The notes under the pieces were generated by a model, which worked only from the letters and a program-made list of their open reading frames with translations, did not search any database and was not told where the DNA came from. Positions 27,001 to 40,146 of a DNA stretch of 64,000 nucleotides are shown here, piece after piece (position 1 is the first letter of the stretch; every line of letters starts with the position of its first letter). This DNA is from Azolla caroliniana (Eukaryota; Plantae; Polypodiophyta): positions 1 to 64,000 of the forward strand of contig JBHGNT010000101.1 in NCBI GenBank assembly GCA_043228905.1, in the 5' to 3' direction. The translations under genes were made by a program, and so were the position numbers.

Positions 27001-27930
27001 ATGTTCATACCTGGCTCGTGTGATATCGGATTTTTGTGTTCAAACATGTGAATCGAAGCTAACAACGCTAGCTATGATATGGAATTAAAAAATCAAGATT
27101 TTCAAACTCAGGTCGAGAGACATCACGAAAATACCAAATTTGAGGAGTGAGTTAAGAAGAGCTATGAGTTAAATTAAAATGTTCATACCTGGCTCGTGTG
27201 ATATCGGATTTTTGTGTTCAAACATGCGAATCGAAGGTAACATCGCTAGCTATGATATGGAATTAAAAAAGCAAGATTTTCAAACTCAGGTCGAGAGACA
27301 TGATGAGATTACCAAATTTGAGGAGTGAGTTGAGAGAAGCCCTTGAGTAAATTAAAATGTTCATACCTGGCTCGTGTGATATCGGATTTTTGTGTTCAAA
27401 CATGCGAATCGAAGCTAACAACGCTGGCTATGATATGGAATTAAAAAATCAAGATTTTCAAACTCAGGTCGAGAGACATGATGAGATTACCAAATTTGAG
27501 GAGTGAGTTGAGAGAAGCCCTTGAGTAAATTAAAATGTTCATACCTGGCTCGTGTGATATCGGATTTTTGTGTTCAAACATGCGAATCGAAGCTAACAAC
27601 GCTAGCTATGATATGGAATTAAAAAATCAAGATTTTGAAACTCAGATCGAGAGACATGATGAGATTACCAAATTTGAGGACTGAGTTGAGAGAAGCCCTT
27701 GAGTAAATTAAAATGTTCATACCTGGCTCGTGTGATATCGGATTTTTGTGTTCAAACATGCGAATCGAAGCTAACAATGCTAGCTATGATATGGAGTTAA
27801 AAAATCAAGATTTTGAAACTCAGGTCGGGAGACATGACGAGATTACCAAATTTGAGGAGTGAGTTAAGAAGAGCTATGAGTTAAATTAAAATGTTCATAC
27901 CTGGCTCGTGTGATATCGGATTTTGTGTTC
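24010..27930 (+). repeat. 11-monomer (1957-bp) tandem duplication
   Basis: ORF pairs 24318/26275 and 24496/26453; 1-bp-deleted ggattttgtg at 25961 and 27918; 1957 = 11x178 - 1. Confidence 0.88.
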
Positions 27931-30889
27931 AAACATGCGAATCGAAGCTAACAACGCTAGCTATGATATGGAATTAAAAAATCAAGATTTTGAAACTCAG
28001 GTCGAGAGACATGATGAGATTACCAAATTTGAGGAGTGAGTTGAGAAAAGCTCTTGAGTAAATTAAAATGTTCATACCTGGCTCGTGTGATATCGGATTT
28101 TTGTGTTCAAACATGCGAATCGAAGCTAACAACGCTAGCTATGATAGGGAATTAAAAAGCCAAGATTTTGAAACTCAGGTCGAGAGACATGATGAGATTA
28201 CCAAATTTGAGGAGTGAGTTGAGAGAAGCCCTTTAGTTAAATTAAAATGTTCATACCTGGCTCGTGTGATATCGGATTTTTGTGTTCAAACATGCAAATC
28301 GAAGCTAACTACGCTAGCTATGATATGGAATTAAAAAATCAAGATTTTGAAACTCAGGTCGAGAGACATGATGAGATTACCAAATTTGAGGAGTGAGTTG
28401 AGAGAAGCCCTTGAGTAAATTAAAATGTTCATACCTGGCTCGTGTGATATCGGATTTTTGTGTTCAAACATGTGAATCGAAGCTAACAACGCTAGCTATG
28501 ATATGGAATTAAAAAATCAAGATTTTGAAACTCAGGTCGAGAGACATGATGAGATTACCAAATTTGAGGAGTGAGTTGAGAGAAGCCCTTGAGTAAATTA
28601 AAATGTTCATACCTGGCTCGTGTGATATCGGATTTTTGTGATCAAACATGCGAATCGAAGCTAACAACGCTAGCTATGATATGGAATTAGAAAATCAAGA
28701 TTTTGAAACTCAGGTCGAGAGACATGATGAGATTACCAAATTTGAGGAGTGAGTTGAGAGAAGCCCTTGAGTAAATTAAAATGTTCATACCTGGCTCGTG
28801 TGATATCCGAATTTTGTGTTCAAACATGCGAATCGAACCTAACAACGCTAGCTATGATATGGAATTAAAAAATCAAGATTTTGAAACTCAGGTCGAGAGA
28901 CATGATGAGATTACCAAATTTGAGGAGTGAGTTGAGAGAAGCCCTTGAGTAAATTAAAATGTTCATACCTGGCTCGTGTGATATCGGATTTTTGTGTTCA
29001 AACATGTGAATCGAAGCTAACAACGCTAGCTATGATATGGAATTAAAAAATCAAGATTTTGAAACTCAGGTCGAGAGACATGACTAAAATACCAAATTTG
29101 AGGAGTGAGTTAAGAAGAGCTATGAGTTAAATTAAAATGTTCATACCTGGCTCGTGTGATATCAGAATTTTGTGTTCAAACATGCGAATCGAAGCTAACA
29201 ATGCTAGCTATGATATGGAGTTAAAAAATCAAGATTTTGAAACTCAGGTCGGAAGACATGACGAGATTACCAAATTTGAGGAGTGAGTTAGGAAGAGCTA
29301 TGAGTTAAATTAAAATGTTCATACCTGGCTCGTGTGATATCGGATTTTTGTGTTCAAACATGCGAATCGAAGCTAACAACGCTAGCTATGATATGGAATT
29401 AAAAAATCAAGATTTTCAAACTCAGGTCGAGAGACATGATGAGATTACCAAATTTGAGGAGTGAGTTGAGAGAAGCCCTTGAGTAAATTAAAATGTTCAT
29501 ACAAATTTGTGTTCAAACATGCGAATCGAAGCTAACAACGCTGGCTATTATATGGAATTATAGAATCAAGATTTTGAAACTCAGGTCGAGAGACATGATG
29601 AGATTACCAAATTTGAGGAGTGAGTTGAGAGAAGCCCTTGAGTAAATTAAAATGTTCATACCTGGCTCGTGTGATATCGGATTTTTGTGTTCAAACATGC
29701 GAATCGAAGCTAACAACGCTGGCTATTATATGGAATTATAGAATCAAGATTTTGAAACTCAGGTCGAGAGACATGATGAGATTACCAAATTTTAGGAGTG
29801 AGTTGAGAGAAGCCCTTGAGTAAATTAAAATGTTCATACCTGGCTCGTGTGATATCGGATTTTTGTGTTCAAACATGCGAATCGAAGCTAACAACGCTAG
29901 CTATGATATGGAATTAGAAAATCAAGATTTTGAAACTCAGGTCGAGAGACATGATGAGATTACCAAATTTGAGGAGTGAGTTTAGAGAAGCCCTTGAGTA
30001 AATTAAAATGTTCATACCTGGCTCGTGTGATATCCGAATTTTGTGTTCAAACATGCGAATCGAACCTAACAACGCTAGCTATGATATGGAATTAAAAAAT
30101 CAAGATTTTGAAACTCAGGTCGAGAGACATGATGAGATTACCAAATTTGAGGAGTGAGTTGAGAGAAGCCCTTGAGTAAATTAAAATGTTCATACCTGGC
30201 TCGTGTGATATCGGATTTTTGTGTTCAAACATGTGAATCGAAGCTAACAACGCTAGCTATGATATGGAATTAAAAAATCAAGATTTTCAAACTCAGGTCG
30301 AGAGACATCACGAAAATACCAAATTTGAGGAGTGAGTTAAGAAGAGCTATGAGTTAAATTAAAATGTTCATACCTGGCTCGTGTGATATCGGATTTTTGT
30401 GTTCAAACATGCGAATCGAAGGTAACATCGCTAGCTATGATATGGAATTAAAAAAGCAAGATTTTCAAACTCAGGTCGAGAGACATGATGAGATTACCAA
30501 ATTTGAGGAGTGAGTTGAGAGAAGCCCTTGAGTAAATTAAAATGTTCATACCTGGCTCGTGTGATATCGGATTTTTGTGTTCAAACATGCGAATCGAAGC
30601 TAACAACGCTGGCTATGATATGGAATTAAAAAATCAAGATTTTCAAACTCAGGTCGAGAGACATGATGAGATTACCAAATTTGAGGAGTGAGTTGAGAGA
30701 AGCCCTTGAGTAAATTAAAATGTTCATACCTGGCTCGTGTGATATCGGATTTTTGTGTTCAAACATGCGAATCGAAGCTAACAACGCTAGCTATGATATG
30801 GAATTAAAAAATCAAGATTTTGAAACTCAGATCGAGAGACATGATGAGATTACCAAATTTGAGGACTGAGTTGAGAGAAGCCCTTGAGT

Positions 30890-33800
30890 AAATTAAAATG
30901 TTCATACCTGGCTCGTGTGATATCGGATTTTTGTGTTCAAACATGCGAATCGAAGCTAACAATGCTAGCTATGATATGGAGTTAAAAAATCAAGATTTTG
31001 AAACTCAGGTCGGGAGACATGACGAGATTACCAAATTTGAGGAGTGAGTTAAGAAGAGCTATGAGTTAAATTAAAATGTTCATACCTGGCTCGTGTGATA
31101 TCGGATTTTGTGTTCAAACATGCGAATCGAAGCTAACAACGCTAGCTATGATATGGAATTAAAAAATCAAGATTTTGAAACTCAGGTCGAGAGACATGAT
31201 GAGATTACCAAATTTGAGGAGTGAGTTGAGAGAAGCCCTTGAGTAAATTAAAATGTACATACCTGGCTCGTGTGATATCCGAATTTTGTGTTCAAACATG
31301 CGAATCGAACCTAACAACGCTAGCTATGATATGGAATTAAAAAATCAAGATTTTGAAACTCAGGTCGAGAGACATGATGAGATTACCAAATTTGAGGAGT
31401 GAGTTGAGAAAAGCCCTTGAGTAAATTAAAATGTTCATACCTGGCTCGTGTGATATCGGATTTTTGTGTTCAAACATGCGAATCGAAGCTAACAACGCTA
31501 GCTATGATAGGGAATTAAAAAGCCAAGATTTTGAAACTCAGGTTGAGAGACATGATGAGATTACCAAATTTGAGGAGTGAGTTGAGAGAAGCCCTTGAGT
31601 AAATTAAAATGTTCATACCTGGCTCGTGTGATATAGGATTTTTGTGTTCAAACATGTGAATCGAAGCTAACAACGCTAGCTATGATATGGAATTAAAAAA
31701 TCAAGATTTTGAAACTCAGGTCGAGAGACATGATGAGATTACCAAATTTGAGGAGTGAGTTGAGAAAAGCCCTTGAGTAAATTAAAATGTTCATACCTGG
31801 CTCGTGTGATATCGGATTTTTGTGTTCAAACATGCGAATCGAAGCTAACAACGCTAGCTATGATAGGGAATTAAAAAGCCAAGATTTTGAAACTCAGGTG
31901 GAGAGACATGATGAGATTACCAAATTTGAGGAGTGAGTTGAGAGAAGCCCTTGAGTAAATTAAAATGTTCATACCTGGCTCGTGTGATATAGGATTTTTG
32001 TGTTCAAACATGTGAATCGAAGCTAACAACGCTAGCTATGATATGGAATTAAAAAATCAAGATTTTGAAACTCAGGTCGAGAGACATGATGAGATTACCA
32101 AATTTGAGGAGTGAGTTGAGAGAAGCCCTTGAGTAAATTAAAATGTTCATACCTGGCTCGTGTGATATCGGATTTTTGTGTTCAAACATGCGAATCGAAG
32201 CTAACAACGCTAGCTATGATATGGAATTAAAAAATCAAGATTTTCAAACTCAGGTCGAGAGACATGATGAGATTACCAAATTTGAGGAGTGAGTTGAGAG
32301 AAGCCCTTGAGTAAATTAAAATGTTCATACCTGGCTCGTGTGATATCGGATTTTTGTGTTCAAACATGCGAATCGAACCTAACAACGCTAGCTATGATAT
32401 GGAATTAGAAAATCAAGATTTTGAAACTCAGGTCGAGAGACATGACGAAAATACCAAATTTGAGGAGTGAGTTAAGAAGAGCTATGAGTTAAATTAAAAT
32501 GTTCATACCTGGCTCGTGTGATATCGGATTTTTGTGTTCAAACATGCGAATCGAAGCTAACAATGCTAGCTATGATATGGAGTTAAAAAATCAAGATTTT
32601 GAAACTCAGGTCGGGAGACATGACGAGATTACCAAATTTGAGGAGTGAGTTAAGAAGAGCTATGAGTTAAATTAAAATGTTCATACCTGGCTCGTGTGAT
32701 ATCGGATTTTGTGTTCAAACATGCGAATCGAAGCTAACAACGCTAGCTATGATATGGAATTAAAAAATCAAGATTTTGAAACTCAGGTCGAGAGACATGA
32801 TGAGATTACCAAATTTGAGGAGTGAGTTGAGAGAAGCCCTTGAGTAAATTAAAATGTACATACCTGGCTCGTGTGATATCCGAATTTTGTGTTCAAACAT
32901 GCGAATCGAACCTAACAACGCTAGCTATGATATGGAATTAAAAAATCAAGATTTTGAAACTCAGGTCGAGAGACATGATGAGATTACCAAATTTGAGGAG
33001 TGAGTTGAGAAAAGCCCTTGAGTAAATTAAAATGTTCATACCTGGCTCGTGTGATATCGGATTTTTGTGTTCAAACATGCGAATCGAAGCTAACAACGCT
33101 AGCTATGATAGGGAATTAAAAAGCCAAGATTTTGAAACTCAGGTTGAGAGACATGATGAGATTACCAAATTTGAGGAGTGAGTTGAGAGAAGCCCTTGAG
33201 TAAATTAAAATGTTCATACCTGGCTCGTGTGATATAGGATTTTTGTGTTCAAACATGTGAATCGAAGCTAACAACGCTAGCTATGATATGGAATTAAAAA
33301 ATCAAGATTTTGAAACTCAGGTCGAGAGACATGATGAGATTACCAAATTTGAGGAGTGAGTTGAGAAAAGCCCTTGAGTAAATTAAAATGTTCATACCTG
33401 GCTCGTGTGATATCGGATTTTTGTGTTCAAACATGCGAATCGAAGCTAACAACGCTAGCTATGATAGGGAATTAAAAAGCCAAGATTTTGAAACTCAGGT
33501 GGAGAGACATGATGAGATTACCAAATTTGAGGAGTGAGTTGAGAGAAGCCCTTGAGTAAATTAAAATGTTCATACCTGGCTCGTGTGATATAGGATTTTT
33601 GTGTTCAAACATGTGAATCGAAGCTAACAACGCTAGCTATGATATGGAATTAAAAAATCAAGATTTTGAAACTCAGGTCGAGAGACATGATGAGATTACC
33701 AAATTTGAGGAGTGAGTTGAGAGAAGCCCTTGAGTAAATTAAAATGTTCATACCTGGCTCGTGTGATATCGGATTTTTGTGTTCAAACATGCGAATCGAA

Positions 33801-34040
33801 GCTAACAACGCTAGCTATGATATGGAATTAAAAAATCAAGATTTTCAAACTCAGGTCGAGAGACATGATGAGATTACCAAATTTGAGGAGTGAGTTGAGA
33901 GAAGCCCTTGAGTAAATTAAAATGTTCATACCTGGCTCGTGTGATATCGGATTTTTGTGTTCAAACATGCGAATCGAACCTAACAACGCTAGCTATGATA
34001 TGGAATTAGAAAATCAAGATTTTGAAACTCAGGTCGAGAG
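30890..34040 (+). repeat. 9-monomer (1601-bp) tandem duplication
   Basis: 1-bp-deleted tcggattttgtg at 31101 and 32702. Rare variants caggttgag and caggtggag each occur in both copies at the same offset. Confidence 0.85.
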
Positions 34041-37000
34041 ACATGATGAGATTACCAAATTTGAGGAGTGAGTTGAGAGAAGCCCTTGAGTAAATTAAAA
34101 TGTTCATACCTGGCTCGTGTGATATCGGATTTTTGTGTTCAAACATGCGAATCGAAGCTAACAACGCTAGCTATGATAGGGAATTAAAAAGCCAAGATTT
34201 TGAAACTCAGGTCGAGAGACATGATGAGATTACCAAATTTGAGGAGTGAGTTGAGACAAGCCCTTGAGTAAATTAAAATGTTCATACCTGGCTCGTGTGA
34301 TATCGGATTTTTGTGTTCAAACATGCGAATCGAAGCTAACAACGCTGGCTATTATATGGAATTATAGAATCAAGATTTTGAAACTCAGGTCGAGAGACAT
34401 GATGAGATTACCAAATTTGAGGAGTGAGTTGAGAGAAGCCCTTGAGTAAATTAAAATGTTCATACCTGGCTCGTGTGATATCGGATTTTTGTGTTCAAAC
34501 ATGCGAATCGAAGCTAACAACGCTGGCTATTATATGGAATTATAGAATCAAGATTTTGAAACTCAGGTCGAGAGACATGATGAGATTACCAAATTTTAGG
34601 AGTGAGTTGAGAGAAGCCCTTGAGTAAATTAAAATGTTCATACCTGGCTCGTGTGATATCGGATTTTTGTGTTCAAACATGCGAATCGAAGCTAACAACG
34701 CTAGCTATGATATGGAATTAGAAAATCAAGATTTTGAAACTCAGGTCGAGAGACATGATGAGATTACCAAATTTGAGGAGTGAGTTTAGAGAAGCCCTTG
34801 AGTAAATTAAAATGTTCATACCTGGCTCGTGTGATATCCGAATTTTGTGTTCAAACATGCGAATCGAACCTAACAACGCTAGCTATGATATGGAATTAAA
34901 AAATCAAGATTTTGAAACTCAGGTCGAGAGACATGATGAGATTACCAAATTTGAGGAGTGAGTTGAGAGAAGCCCTTGAGTAAATTAAAATGTTCATACC
35001 TGGCTCGTGTGATATCGGATTTTTGTGTTCAAACATGTGAATCGAAGCTAACAACGCTAGCTATGATATGGAATTAAAAAATCAAGATTTTCAAACTCAG
35101 GTCGAGAGACATGACGAAAATACCAAATTTGAGGAGTGAGTTAAGAAGAGCTATGAGTTAAATTAAAATGTTCATACCTGGCTCGTGTGATATCGGATTT
35201 TTGTGTTCAAACATGCGAATCGAAGGTAACATCGCTAGCTATGATATGGAATTAAAAAAGCAAGATTTTCAAACTCAGGTCGAGAGACATGATGAGATTA
35301 CCAAATTTGAGGAGTGAGTTGAGAGAAGCCCTTGAGTAAATTAAAATGTTCATACCTGGCTCGTGTGATATCGGATTTTTGTGTTCAAACATGCGAATCG
35401 AAGCTAACAACGCTGGCTATGATATGGAATTAAAAAATCAAGATTTTCAAACTCAGGTCGAGAGACATGATGAGATTACCAAATTTGAGGAGTGAGTTGA
35501 GAGAAGCCCTTGAGTAAATTAAAATGTTCATACCTGGCTCGTGTGATATCGGATTTTTGTGTTCAAACATGCGAATCGAAGCTAACAACGCTAGCTATGA
35601 TATGGAATTAAAAAATCAAGATTTTGAAACTCAGATCGAGAGACATGATGAGATTACCAAATTTGAGGACTGAGTTGAGAGAAGCCCTTGAGTAAATTAA
35701 AATGTTCATACCTGGCTCGTGTGATATCGGATTTTTGTGTTCAAACATGCGAATCGAAGCTAACAATGCTAGCTATGATATGGAGTTAAAAAATCAAGAT
35801 TTTGAAACTCAGGTCGGGAGACATGACGAGATTACCAAATTTGAGGAGTGAGTTAACAAGAGCTATGAGTTAAATTAAAATGTTCATACCTGGCTCGTGT
35901 GATATCGGATTTTTGTGTTCAAACATGCGAATCGAAGCTAACAACGCTAGCTATGATATGGAATTAAAAAATCAAGATTTTGAAACTCAGGTCGAGAGAC
36001 ATGATGAGATTACCAAATTTGAGGAGTGAGTTGAGAGAAGCCCTTGAGTAAATTAAAATGTACATACCTGGCTCGTGTGATATCCGAATTTTGTGTTCAA
36101 ACATGCGAATCGAACCTAACAACGCTAGCTATGATATGGAATTAAAAAATCAAGATTTTGAAACTCAGGTCGAGAGACATGATGAGATTACCAAATTTGA
36201 GGAGTGAGTTGAGAAAAGCCCTTGAGTAAATTAAAATGTTCATACCTGGCTCGTGTGATATCGGATTTTTGTGTTCAAACATGCGAATCGAAGCTAACAA
36301 CGCTAGCTATGATAGGGAATTAAAAAGCCAAGATTTTGAAACTCAGGTTGAGAGACATGATGAGATTACCAAATTTGAGGAGTGAGTTGAGAGAAGCCCT
36401 TGAGTAAATTAAAATGTTCATACCTGGCTCGTGTGATATAGGATTTTTGTGTTCAAACATGCGAATCGAAGCTAACAACGCTGGCTATTATATGGAATTA
36501 TAGAATCAAGATTTTGAAACTCAGGTCGGGAGACATGACGAGATTACCAAATTTGAGGAGTGAGTTAAGAAGAGCTATGAGTTAAATTAAAATGTTCATA
36601 CCTGGCTCGTGTGATATCGGATTTTTGTGTTCAAACATGCGAATCGAACCTAACAACGCTAGCTAGGATATGGAATTAAAAAATCAAGATTTTGAAACTC
36701 AGGTCGAGAGACATGATGAGATTACCAAATTTGAGGAGTGAGTTGAGAAAAGCCCTTGAGTAAATTAAAATGTTCATACCTGGCTCGTGTGATATCGGAT
36801 TTTTGTGTTCAAACATGCGAATCGAAGCTAACAACGCTAGCTATGATAGGGAATTAAAAAGCCAAGATTTTGAAACTCAGGTCGAGAGACATGATGAGAT
36901 TACCAAATTTGAGGAGTGAGTTGAGAGAAGCCCTTTAGTTAAATTAAAATGTTCATACCTGGCTCGTGTGATATCGGATTTTTGTGTTCAAACATGCAAA

Positions 37001-40000
37001 TCGAAGCTAACTACGCTAGCTATGATATGGAATTAAAAAATCAAGATTTTGAAACTCAGGTCGAGAGACATGATGAGATTACCAAATTTGAGGAGTGAGT
37101 TGAGAGAAGCCCTTGAGTAAATTAAAATGTTCATACCTGGCTCGTGTGATATCGGATTTTTGTGTTCAAACATGTGAATCGAAGCTAACAACGCTAGCTA
37201 TGATATGGAATTAAAAAATCAAGATTTTGAAACTCAGGTCGAGAGACATGATGAGATTACCAAATTTGAGGAGTGAGTTGAGAGAAGCCCTTGAGTAAAT
37301 TAAAATGTTCATACCTGGCTCGTGTGATATCGGATTTTTGTGTTCAAACATGTGAATCGAAGCTAACAACGCTAGCTATGATAGGGAATTAAAAAGCCAA
37401 GATTTTGAAACTCAGGTCGAGAGACATGATGAGATTACCAAATTTGAGGAGTGAGTTGAGAGAAGCCCTTTAGTTAAATTAAAATGTTCATACCTGGCTC
37501 GTGTGATATCGGATTTTTGTGTTCAAACATGCGAATCGAAGCTAACAACGCTAGCTATGATAGGGAATTAAAAAGCCAAGATTTTGAAACTCAGGTCGAG
37601 AGACATGATGAGATTACCAAATTTGAGGAGTGAGTTGAGAGAAGCCCTTTAGTTAAATTAAAATGTTCATACCTGGCTCGTGTGATATCGGATTTTTGTG
37701 TTCAAACATGCAAATCGAAGCTAACTACGCTAGCTATGATATGGAATTAAAAAATCAAGATTTTGAAACTCAGGTCGAGAGACATGATGAGATTACCAAA
37801 TTTGAGGAGTGAGTTGAGAGAAGCCCTTGAGTAAATTAAAATGTTCATACCTGGCTCGTGTGATATCGGATTTTTGTGTTCAAACATGTGAATCGAAGCT
37901 AACAACGCTAGCTATGATATGGAATTAAAAAATCAAGATTTTGAAACTCAGGTCGAGAGACATGATGAGATTACCAAATTTGAGGAGTGAGTTGAGAGAA
38001 GCCCTTGAGTAAATTAAAATGTTCATACCTGGCTCGTGTGATATCGGATTTTTGTGTTCAAACATGCGAATCGAAGCTAACAACGCTAGCTATGATATGG
38101 AATTAAAAAATCAAGATTTTCAAACTCAGGTCGAGAGACATGATGAGATTACCAAATTTGAGGAGTGAGTTGAGAGAAGCCCTTGAGTAAATTAAAATGT
38201 TCATACCTGGCTCGTGTGATATCGGATTTTTGTGTTCAAACATGCGAATCGAACCTAACAACGCTAGCTATGATATGGAATTAAAAAATCAAGATTTTGA
38301 AACTCAGGTCGAGAGACATGATGAGATTACCAAATTTGAGGAGTGAGTTGAGAGAAGCCCTTGAGTAAATTAAAATGTTCATACCTGGCTCGTGTGATAT
38401 CGGATTTTTGTGTTCAAACATGCGAATCGAAGCTAACAACGCTAGCTATGATAGGGAATTAAAAAGCCAAGATTTTGAAACTCAGGTCGAGAGACATGAT
38501 GAGATTACCAAATTTGAGGAGTGAGTTGAGACAAGCCCTTGAGTAAATTAAAATGTTCATACCTGGCTCGTGTGATATCGGATTTTTGTGTTCAAACATG
38601 CGAATCGAAGCTAACAACGCTGGCTATTATATGGAATTATAGAATCAAGATTTTGAAACTCAGGTCGAGAGACATGATGAGATTACCAAATTTGAGGAGT
38701 GAGTTGAGAGAAGCCCTTGAGTAAATTAAAATGTTCATACCTGGCTCGTGTGATATCGGATTTTTGTGTTCAAACATGCGAATCGAAGCTAACAACGCTG
38801 GCTATTATATGGAATTATAGAATCAAGATTTTGAAACTCAGGTCGAGAGACATGATGAGATTACCAAATTTTAGGAGTGAGTTGAGAGAAGCCCTTGAGT
38901 AAATTAAAATGTTCATACCTGGCTCGTGTGATATCGGATTTTTGTGTTCAAACATGCGAATCGAAGCTAACAACGCTAGCTATGATATGGAATTAGAAAA
39001 TCAAGATTTTGAAACTCAGGTCGAGAGACATGATGAGATTACCAAATTTGAGGAGTGAGTTTAGAGAAGCCCTTGAGTAAATTAAAATGTTCATACCTGG
39101 CTCGTGTGATATCCGAATTTTGTGTTCAAACATGCGAATCGAACCTAACAACGCTAGCTATGATATGGAATTAAAAAATCAAGATTTTGAAACTCAGGTC
39201 GAGAGACATGATGAGATTACCAAATTTGAGGAGTGAGTTGAGAGAAGCCCTTGAGTAAATTAAAATGTTCATACCTGGCTCGTGTGATATCGGATTTTTG
39301 TGTTCAAACATGTGAATCGAAGCTAACAACGCTAGCTATGATATGGAATTAAAAAATCAAGATTTTCAAACTCAGGTCGAGAGACATGACGAAAATACCA
39401 AATTTGAGGAGTGAGTTAAGAAGAGCTATGAGTTAAATTAAAATGTTCATACCTGGCTCGTGTGATATCGGATTTTTGTGTTCAAACATGCGAATCGAAG
39501 GTAACAACGCTAGCTATGATATGGAATTAAAAAAGCAAGATTTTCAAACTCAGGTCGAGAGACATGATGAGATTACCAAATTTGAGGAGTGAGTTGAGAG
39601 AAGCCCTTGAGTAAATTAAAATGTTCATACCTGGCTCGTGTGATATCCGAATTTTGTGTTCAAACATGCGAATCGAACCTAACAACGCTAGCTATGATAT
39701 GGAATTAAAAAATCAAGATTTTGAAACTCAGGTCGAGAGACATGATGAGATTACCAAATTTGAGGAGTGAGTTGAGAGAAGCCCTTGAGTAAATTAAAAT
39801 GTTCATACCTGGCTCGTGTGATATCGGATTTTTGTGTTCCAACATGCGAATCGAAGCTAACAACGCTAGCTATGATATGGAATTAAAAAATCAAGATTTT
39901 GAAACTCAGATCGAGAGACATGATGAGATTACCAAATTCGAGGACTGAGTTGAGAGAAGCCCTTGAGTAAATTAAAATGTTCATACCTGGCTCGTGTGAT

Positions 40001-40146
40001 ATCGGATTTTTGTGTTCAAACATGCGAATCGAAGCTAACAACGCTAGCTATGATATGGAATTAGAAAATCAAGATTTTGAAACTCAGGTCGAGAGACATG
40101 ATGAGATTACCAAATTTGAGGAGTGAGTTGAGAGAAGCCCTTGAGT

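Larger units (their letters stand above)
16135..40146 (+). repeat. Homogeneous satellite layer B
   Basis: Monomers are within a few SNPs of consensus. Private variants: gatagggaattaaaaagccaag, ctggctattatatggaattatagaatc, gatatccgaattttg, aaatgtacatac and gccctttagtt (+1 bp). Confidence 0.88.
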
